DNA of 64,000 nucleotides from an uncultured Planctomycetia bacterium (GTDB lineage Bacteria > Omnitrophota > Gorgyraeia > Tantalellales > Tantalellaceae), in NCBI GenBank assembly GCA_964421015.1, contig CAYQUS010000001.1, positions 22,726-86,725 of the forward strand. Direction: 5' to 3'. The notes beneath the pieces were generated by a model. That model saw only the letters and a list, made by a program, of their open reading frames with translations, was not told the origin of the DNA and did no database searches. Positions 59,011 to 64,000 of the stretch are shown here, piece by piece. Each line of letters begins with the position of its first letter. Position 1 is the first letter of the stretch. The position numbers were made by a program, and so were the translations under genes.

Positions 59011-59822
59011 TATGACCTCTTCCTTTCCCGGATCACCTTTTCCAGGAACTCCATTTCCTCTCCCAGAAGGCTTTCCAGAATCGCCATGCATTCTCTTCTT
59101 TTCTTTTCAGCCACAAGAAGTGACCACTCGTTCACTATCTTGCTTTTCCTCATACACCTAAGAGCTCCCTCCTTAACGGCTTTCTTAAGCAGCTCCGCGG
59201 TTTTCCCCTCTATACCGAAAGAAAGCCGTGCCGCGAACCTCGCCGCCCTGAATATCCTCGCCGGATCGTCCATAAAGCTTTTATCATGCAGCACTCTCAG
59301 GAGCTTATTTTTCAAATCCGAAAGTCCGGAGCTTACATCCACTATCTCGCCAGCGTCGTTGCCGTTAAGACCCATCGCCATAGCGTTCACGGTAAAATCC
59401 CTCCTCAGAAGATCGTGCCGGAGAGTGCTGGGTCTTACGCGCGGCAACGCCCCGCAGGAAACATAATCCTCCTCCCTGGCCATGGCTATATCAATCACGA
59501 AATCCCGTTCCCATGGGGCAAAAAAACTTCTCCTCCCCACGGTAACCTTGGCTGTCCCGAACCTGCCGTATTCTCTGATCCCGGAAACACCATCTGAGGA
59601 AAGGCTTCTGGCAAGAGCTGAGGCATCTCCTTCCGTGACTATGTCCAGATCCGAAGTTTTTCTGCCCAAGAGCATGTCCCTCACGGCTCCGCCGACAAGA
59701 AAAACCCTGATACCTTTAAGTTCTCCCTCCTCAGCGGCCTTATCTAAAATCGACAACGCCCGGCTGCCGACTGTCCGCCGCAGAGAACTATGGATCTTTT
59801 CCTCTAGGCAAGAGGTCATCAT
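59010..59822 (-). CDS. tRNA nucleotidyltransferase / poly(A) polymerase family protein, head and neck only
   Basis: Pol-beta-like NTase head (FLVGGAVRDMLLGRKTSDLDIV) and an RRDFTVNAMA motif. It ends at 270 aa, lacking the body/tail and HD regions of full-length CCA enzymes. Confidence 0.65.
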   Translation of the reverse strand: MMTSCLEEKIHSSLRRTVGSRALSILDKAAEEGELKGIRVFLVGGAVRDMLLGRKTSDLDIVTEGDASALARSLSSDGVSGIREYGRFGTAKVTVGRRSFFAPWERDFVIDIAMAREEDYVSCGALPRVRPSTLRHDLLRRDFTVNAMAMGLNGNDAGEIVDVSSGLSDLKNKLLRVLHDKSFMDDPARIFRAARFAARLSFGIEGKTAELLKKAVKEGALRCMRKSKIVNEWSLLVAEKKRRECMAILESLLGEEMEFLEKVIRERKRS

Positions 59823-60709
59823 CCTCCCCTGGGATGAAAGTTCTCATGGACTTTTTTCAGTTTTTCGCTGTTCACATGAGTGTATATCTGGGTGGTGGAA
59901 ATGTCAGAATGACCCAGCATTTCCTGTACTCCCCTCAGATCAGCCCCTCCCTCCAGAAGATGGGTCGCAAAAGAGTGTCTTAACGTGTGCGGAGTAATAT
60001 GCTTCTTGATCCCGGAGGCACGGGCATACTTCTGGATCATTTTCCAAAGGCTCTGCCTGGATATTTTTTTACCGAGACGAGATAGAAAAAGATGTTCGTC
60101 GGAGGGGCTATCCTGCCCGGAGGATCTCCCGCGCGCCTCGAGATACCTGGTTATGGCCTCGCCGGCGGCCTTCCCGAATGGGACAATGCGTTCCTTACCG
60201 CCTTTCCCGTAGCACTTCACAAAGCTGTAATCCACATTGACTTCGGCCCGTTTTAGATCCGACACCTCAGAGACCCTCAACCCCGAGGCGTACATAATTT
60301 CAAGAATAGCTTTATCCCTGAGATCCATTATCTTTCTCCCCTTGGGCGCTTCCAGAAGCGTCTCTACCTCTTCTTTTGAAAGAACGTCCGGGATGGTCTT
60401 CCATGTTTTCGGAGAGTCCACCAGGGAAGCCGCGTTGTCGCGGACCACCTGCTCGGCCACAAGGAATTTCCAGAAGGTTTTCACCGCTGCCAGGTTACGG
60501 GCTATGGAGGAGGCATTGAGCCCCAGGTCCTTAAGGTACATCAGAAACGACAGAATATCGTCCCTCGTAGCTGAGCTGAAATCCTTTTTGGATCTCTCAA
60601 GGAAATCCGATAGCTTGTTCAGGTCGGAGAAATAGGATTTTACGGTATTCGGGCTCACGCCCCTTTCCGCCTCAAGGAAATAGATGAAGTTCTTTATGTG
60701 ATCAGTCAT
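59819..60709 (-). CDS. xerD: tyrosine recombinase XerD/XerC
   Basis: N-terminal core-binding region (PNTVKSYFSDL) and catalytic RHSFATHLLEGGADLRGVQEMLGHSDISTTQIYTHV with the Tyr nucleophile. Confidence 0.85.
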   Translation of the reverse strand: MTDHIKNFIYFLEAERGVSPNTVKSYFSDLNKLSDFLERSKKDFSSATRDDILSFLMYLKDLGLNASSIARNLAAVKTFWKFLVAEQVVRDNAASLVDSPKTWKTIPDVLSKEEVETLLEAPKGRKIMDLRDKAILEIMYASGLRVSEVSDLKRAEVNVDYSFVKCYGKGGKERIVPFGKAAGEAITRYLEARGRSSGQDSPSDEHLFLSRLGKKISRQSLWKMIQKYARASGIKKHITPHTLRHSFATHLLEGGADLRGVQEMLGHSDISTTQIYTHVNSEKLKKVHENFHPRGG

Positions 60710-61379
60710 GATTTCCGTTCTGTTCCCGGGAACAAGGGCTTATGTCCCCGAATTCCGAACTGATATAACACCTCGCGCTGCCTACGTCGGTGCGGCACCC
60801 ATGCCCGGGGAATACCATGAAATGGTCAGGAAATTTCATAAGCTTCCTGACTATGCTGTCCAGAATGGTACCTATGTCCCCTCCCGGAAGGTCTGTGCGT
60901 CCTATGCCCTCGAAAAAAAGAGTGTCGCCGGTGAACAGATTGCTCCCGCATTTCAACGATATTCCTCCCGGAGTGTGCCCCGGGGTGTGGATCACTTCCA
61001 GAAAAAACTTCCCGAAACTCAAAATTTCCCCCTCTTCAAGAGGACTGTGAGGGCCTTCCAAGCGCACCGGGAAACCGGTAAAAAAAGACATGTTCTTGAC
61101 GGGATCCGAAAGACAGGATTCATCCAGAGGATGTATGCGCGCCGGAACTTTAAAACAAGAGTTTCCGGCGATATGATCCGCATGCCCGTGGGTATTGATG
61201 AGGTGACATATCTCCACCCCGGTGTCCTCGATGGCTTTCACAATTGAGCCGTCGGGCCATCCCGGATCTATGATAGCTCCTTTCAGCGAATCCGGATCAT
61301 ACACCAGATAGCAATTGGCCTGAAGCGGCCCCAGGACAAAGGTCTTTATCCGGACTTTATCATTCTTTTCGGAACTCAT
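60702..61379 (-). CDS. MBL-fold metallo-hydrolase (glyoxalase II-like)
   Basis: THGHADH motif and additional His/Asp ligands, about 225 aa. Confidence 0.7.
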   Translation of the reverse strand: MSSEKNDKVRIKTFVLGPLQANCYLVYDPDSLKGAIIDPGWPDGSIVKAIEDTGVEICHLINTHGHADHIAGNSCFKVPARIHPLDESCLSDPVKNMSFFTGFPVRLEGPHSPLEEGEILSFGKFFLEVIHTPGHTPGGISLKCGSNLFTGDTLFFEGIGRTDLPGGDIGTILDSIVRKLMKFPDHFMVFPGHGCRTDVGSARCYISSEFGDISPCSREQNGNHD

Positions 61380-61869
61380 CCCTTATCTCCCCGGTTACTT
61401 CCCGGTAGGAAAATTTGTCCTTTATCTCCTTCCCGAGAAGTTCCATTGTCCGGGTTATCCTTACCCTGTTACCCTGAGTGAGATTCTGCTTACGCATATC
61501 CTGCTCGACCTCTGCCATTTTATCTATCAAAAGCTGCAGCTCGTCGCCCCTTTCATCCACGAGCATGCCCCTCATATCGTAAAGGTTGGATATCTCCTGC
61601 TCTATGGAGACTAAAAGTTTTTTCTCATTGGTCATCCTCTGATCGGAAACAAGATCCATGAATTCCTTGTGCCAGTTCTTCCAGAAAATATACCTCTTGG
61701 TATAAAGCTCCATGCTCGGTTTAACATCGTACTCTCTTACGGGGATATACCTTTTAGGCGCTGTTTGCTGCTTGGACTTGCGTATGAACTTAGACTTGAG
61801 ATCGGCACATCCGCTCAGCGTTAAAGCGCAAAAAAGAACGGTAAAAAAAATATAGAACGTTTTTCTCAT
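61360..61869 (-). CDS. lipoprotein, function unknown
   Basis: Lipobox LTLSGC after a hydrophobic N-terminus, then a charged coiled-coil-like body. Confidence 0.5.
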   Translation of the reverse strand: MRKTFYIFFTVLFCALTLSGCADLKSKFIRKSKQQTAPKRYIPVREYDVKPSMELYTKRYIFWKNWHKEFMDLVSDQRMTNEKKLLVSIEQEISNLYDMRGMLVDERGDELQLLIDKMAEVEQDMRKQNLTQGNRVRITRTMELLGKEIKDKFSYREVTGEIRDEFRKE

Positions 61870-61887
61870 TTTTCCCCCTTGGCAACA

Positions 61888-62184
61888 TCAGAAAGATATC
61901 CTGAAATCCCTGAACTCACCTGTAGCTTCCTTTTGCTCGACTCTGCAGGAACGTATATAGGCCGACATTGCCGCATCGACCTTTTCAGCCAGGATTTTAA
62001 GCCTGTCTTCGGAAGCTTCGCACACAGCCTCAACGGTTCCGTCAGGAAGATTCCGCACATATCCGTTTACGCCCGTATCACGCGCTATTCTCTCAAAAGT
62101 GAACCTGAAACCGACGCCCTGGACCCGGCCGTCGTAGATGAAATGTTTTCTCTTAGATCTTCCGTTGAAAGGTTTTGCAGTCAT
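61888..62184 (-). CDS. acyP: acylphosphatase
   Basis: VQGVGFR signature plus GYVRNLPDGTVE. The track start at 62199 is a TTG, so the ATG at 62184 was used. Confidence 0.75.
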   Translation of the reverse strand: MTAKPFNGRSKRKHFIYDGRVQGVGFRFTFERIARDTGVNGYVRNLPDGTVEAVCEASEDRLKILAEKVDAAMSAYIRSCRVEQKEATGEFRDFRISF

Positions 62185-62207
62185 CCGGCACGCTGGCAAC
62201 TGTTATA

Positions 62208-62284
62208 TGGTCGGGGCGCTGGGATTTGAACCCAGGACCTCCACGTCCCGAACGTGGCGCGCTAGCCAAACTGCGCTACGCCCC
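62208..62284 (-). tRNA. tRNA-Pro (anticodon CGG)
   Basis: Minus strand GGGGCGUAGCGCAGUUUGGCUAGCGCGCCACGUUCGGGACGUGGAGGUCCUGGGUUCAAAUCCCAGCGCCCCGACCA. Anticodon loop uuCGGga; CCA encoded. Confidence 0.85.
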
Positions 62285-62358
62285 GATGCCATGTTAACAT
62301 AATAACCGCCGCTATGATATCATCGTGCCGAAAAGTCGTCAATGATTATCGGCCTGAA

Positions 62359-62697
62359 TTAACGGCTGTCTATCCTGATCCCCTGTATAAGGTATTCCGG
62401 ATCGTCAAGTATAGGACGGTAGTCTTCCGGCAGAGGTAAAGGGAAAGTGACTATCTCGTAAACTCCCACCAGTTCACGGACGACTATCCCGATAATACCT
62501 TTTACCACACCGGTCGTGATGCCGGCCGCGGCGCCATTATCTTCCGTTTCTCTTATCATTGCGTTCGGAAGAGCCATAAAACCGGTAAGCGTATTTGCCG
62601 CACCCCTGCCCAGTTTATCAAGCGCGGTCTGGGCTTCCGCGGAGAACGGAGAGATGACAAGCAACAGGATCAACAATATACCGGTAAACCTCTTCAT
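62359..62697 (-). CDS. small exported protein resembling the exosortase-system-associated TIGR04073 family
   Basis: Signal peptide MKRFTGILLILLLVISPFSAEA, then KLGRGAANTLTGFMALPNAM.......G, which recalls the KLxRGxxNxxTGxxEiP motif of TIGR04073. The ATG at 62697 follows AAGGAGGAG. Confidence 0.45.
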   Translation of the reverse strand: MKRFTGILLILLLVISPFSAEAQTALDKLGRGAANTLTGFMALPNAMIRETEDNGAAAGITTGVVKGIIGIVVRELVGVYEIVTFPLPLPEDYRPILDDPEYLIQGIRIDSR

Positions 62698-62728
62698 TTG
62701 ACTCCTCCTTATTCGTTTAGTGGAACCC

Positions 62729-63355
62729 TCAGATAAACCCGTTTTCACGGAGTTTCTTCTCCGTCACAGTCACGGACCTTACCCCGCCTCTGGCATACTT
62801 GCCAAGTATATCATACTCCACATTAACCATGTCCCCGATCTTTCTTTCGGGAATAGTAGTGCCGGCAAGCGTATACGGAATGATAAATATCCTGAAAAAC
62901 CCCGGATCGTCGTGGCCTATCGTCAGGCTCACGCCGTCAACCGCTACAGAGCCCTTTTCCACGGTCATCCCGGCATCTTCTCTTTGTTTTACTATCTCAA
63001 GGACCCATCCCGAACCGTTTTTTGTATTCTTTCTTATCTTCCTCTCTCCGTCAATATGTCCGGAAACTATATGCCCCGAGAGCTTGTCTCCGGCCTTGAT
63101 CGCGTTCTCTATATTGACCCGGGACCCGCTTCTGAGTCTTTTAAGATTTGTAAGCGACAGGGTATTTTTTACCACATCAAAACTGAGAAGATCTTCCTTG
63201 CCCGAAACAGTGAGACATACACCGTTCACTGATACACTATCGCCCAACGAAACCCCTTTGGATGTTTCCGGACAGGAAATTTTTATGGTCACCCCATCCC
63301 TTGCCGGGAGTATACCTCTGACTTCCCCGATTTCCGAGATTATGCCCGTAAACAT
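62729..63355 (-). CDS. ribE: riboflavin synthase alpha subunit
   Basis: MFTGIISEIGEV N-terminus and two internal lumazine-binding repeats (VNGVCLTV / VDGVSLTI). Confidence 0.9.
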   Translation of the reverse strand: MFTGIISEIGEVRGILPARDGVTIKISCPETSKGVSLGDSVSVNGVCLTVSGKEDLLSFDVVKNTLSLTNLKRLRSGSRVNIENAIKAGDKLSGHIVSGHIDGERKIRKNTKNGSGWVLEIVKQREDAGMTVEKGSVAVDGVSLTIGHDDPGFFRIFIIPYTLAGTTIPERKIGDMVNVEYDILGKYARGGVRSVTVTEKKLRENGFI

Positions 63356-64000
63356 ACCGTAGCTCCCTTATCCCTTCTTTTCTTCAATGTAGCCCTTATT
63401 ACCAGATCCCCCGCGGAACTAAAAACCTCGGCGCGCTCAAGTTCCACAGCCTCGCTTATGTCCGCTACCCCTCGCCCGGCTATAGAGACATTTGTCCCCC
63501 CCAGTATTTTCGGAGCGATAAAAAATATCATTTCGTCAACAAACCCGCCGTCAAAAAGCCCTCCTGCAAGAGTTCCGCCGGACTCGGAGATAATACTGAG
63601 AACACCCTCTCTGGCTATTTTATGTAAAAAATCCCCCAGATCCACCTTGCCGTTACGGCTTTTGACGACCATCACTTTTACCCCTTTTCTGGCCGAAAGA
63701 CGCTTGATCTTGTCGGCGGAAGCGGCGCGTGTGGTAACAACGACGACGGGTCCCGTTCCGGCAGTCTTGATGATCCTGGCTTTTTCGGGGATCCTCAAAC
63801 GTGAATCCAGAACGACCCTGATCGTTTTCTTTCCGGACGACTTGGACGGCAATAAAAGAGGATCATCCTTCAGGACTGTGCCGATACCGACCATAACCGC
63901 ATCGGCCAGGGCTCGCAGTTTTCTGACATACATCCTTGACCGGTAAGATGATATCCACTTTGAAGTGCCGTTGAAAGCCGCGGTCTTGCCGTCTATGGAC
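63340..64000 (-). CDS. ribD: riboflavin biosynthesis protein RibD, C-terminal reductase domain only (5' part lies beyond window end)
   Basis: The reading frame stays open to position 64000 (...SIDGKTAAFNGTSKWISS..., matching the SLDGKIA..S.WIT reductase motif). The C-terminal region continues, ending in GDLVI; the deaminase domain is not in the window. Confidence 0.75.
   Translation of the reverse strand, partial: SIDGKTAAFNGTSKWISSYRSRMYVRKLRALADAVMVGIGTVLKDDPLLLPSKSSGKKTIRVVLDSRLRIPEKARIIKTAGTGPVVVVTTRAASADKIKRLSARKGVKVMVVKSRNGKVDLGDFLHKIAREGVLSIISESGGTLAGGLFDGGFVDEMIFFIAPKILGGTNVSIAGRGVADISEAVELERAEVFSSAGDLVIRATLKKRRDKGATVCLRA

Noticed and set aside
59819-60709. Tyrosine recombinase as possible integrase of a mobile element
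   Set aside because: The sequence has the full XerC/XerD chromosomal dimer-resolution signature, including the C-terminal RHSFATHLL...LGHSDISTTQIYTHV motif. There are no flanking phage/IS genes, att-like repeats or tRNA-adjacent integration module. ftsK is nearby, which is consistent with a housekeeping role.

Overview
64 kb chromosomal segment with housekeeping content and an extreme strand bias: about 70 genes, all on the minus strand except one XRE/cupin regulator. It looks like core chromosome of a bacterium from a deep-branching or delta-like lineage, not an accessory island. Gene products are assigned by reading conserved motifs in the supplied translations; no database search could be run. 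ORF-track coordinates include the stop codon, and some track starts are TTG/GTG, so several starts were moved to a downstream ATG with a Shine-Dalgarno. No transposase, phage, CRISPR or recognisable defence genes were seen.

Recognisable content, running high to low coordinate on the minus strand:
- ribD (partial, runs off the window end), ribE, tRNA-Pro(CGG) and an acylphosphatase.
- xerD, then a ribosome-biogenesis operon: rbfA fused to a DHH/NrnA phosphoesterase, truB, ribF, rpsO, pnp, then dut.
- uppP, ftsK, a RodZ-like protein, rimO, pgsA and pgpA.
- A signalling block: a 7TM-GAF histidine kinase, a receiver-only response regulator, a GAF-HD-GYP phosphodiesterase and the divergent XRE-cupin regulator.
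- uvrA, then a TPR-ExbB-ExbD-TonB cluster and tRNA-Ala(CGC).
- rsmE, cvpA, a NIF3-family gene, dnaG, rpoD, dtd and a probable PPi-dependent phosphofructokinase.
- A PilZ protein, tRNA-Met and tRNA-Val, rnhA and RNase P RNA (rnpB).
- An ABC transporter pair, yggS, trxB, ilvD and a complete bioB-F-C-D-A biotin operon.
- lpdA, rmuC and the AmmeMemoRadiSam radical-SAM enzyme.

The most interesting items:
1. An unannotated 33-aa polylysine/alanine repeat gene (MVVKKKAAKKKVAKKK...) with its own promoter, a strong Shine-Dalgarno and a perfect terminator hairpin, next to the tRNA cluster.
2. The AmmeMemoRadiSam system in an unusual layout: the radical-SAM enzyme sits 27 kb away from a single Memo-AMMECR1 fusion protein that carries an apparent N-terminal signal peptide.
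3. An in-frame RbfA-DHH(NrnA) fusion inside the rbfA-truB-ribF-rpsO-pnp operon.
4. A head-domain-only CCA/poly(A) nucleotidyltransferase immediately upstream of it.
5. rnpB packed between rnhA and an ABC transporter gene with no room for its own promoter.
6. A GMC oxidoreductase, thioester-reductase-like enzyme and small HTH module next to the pgsA/pgpA phospholipid genes.
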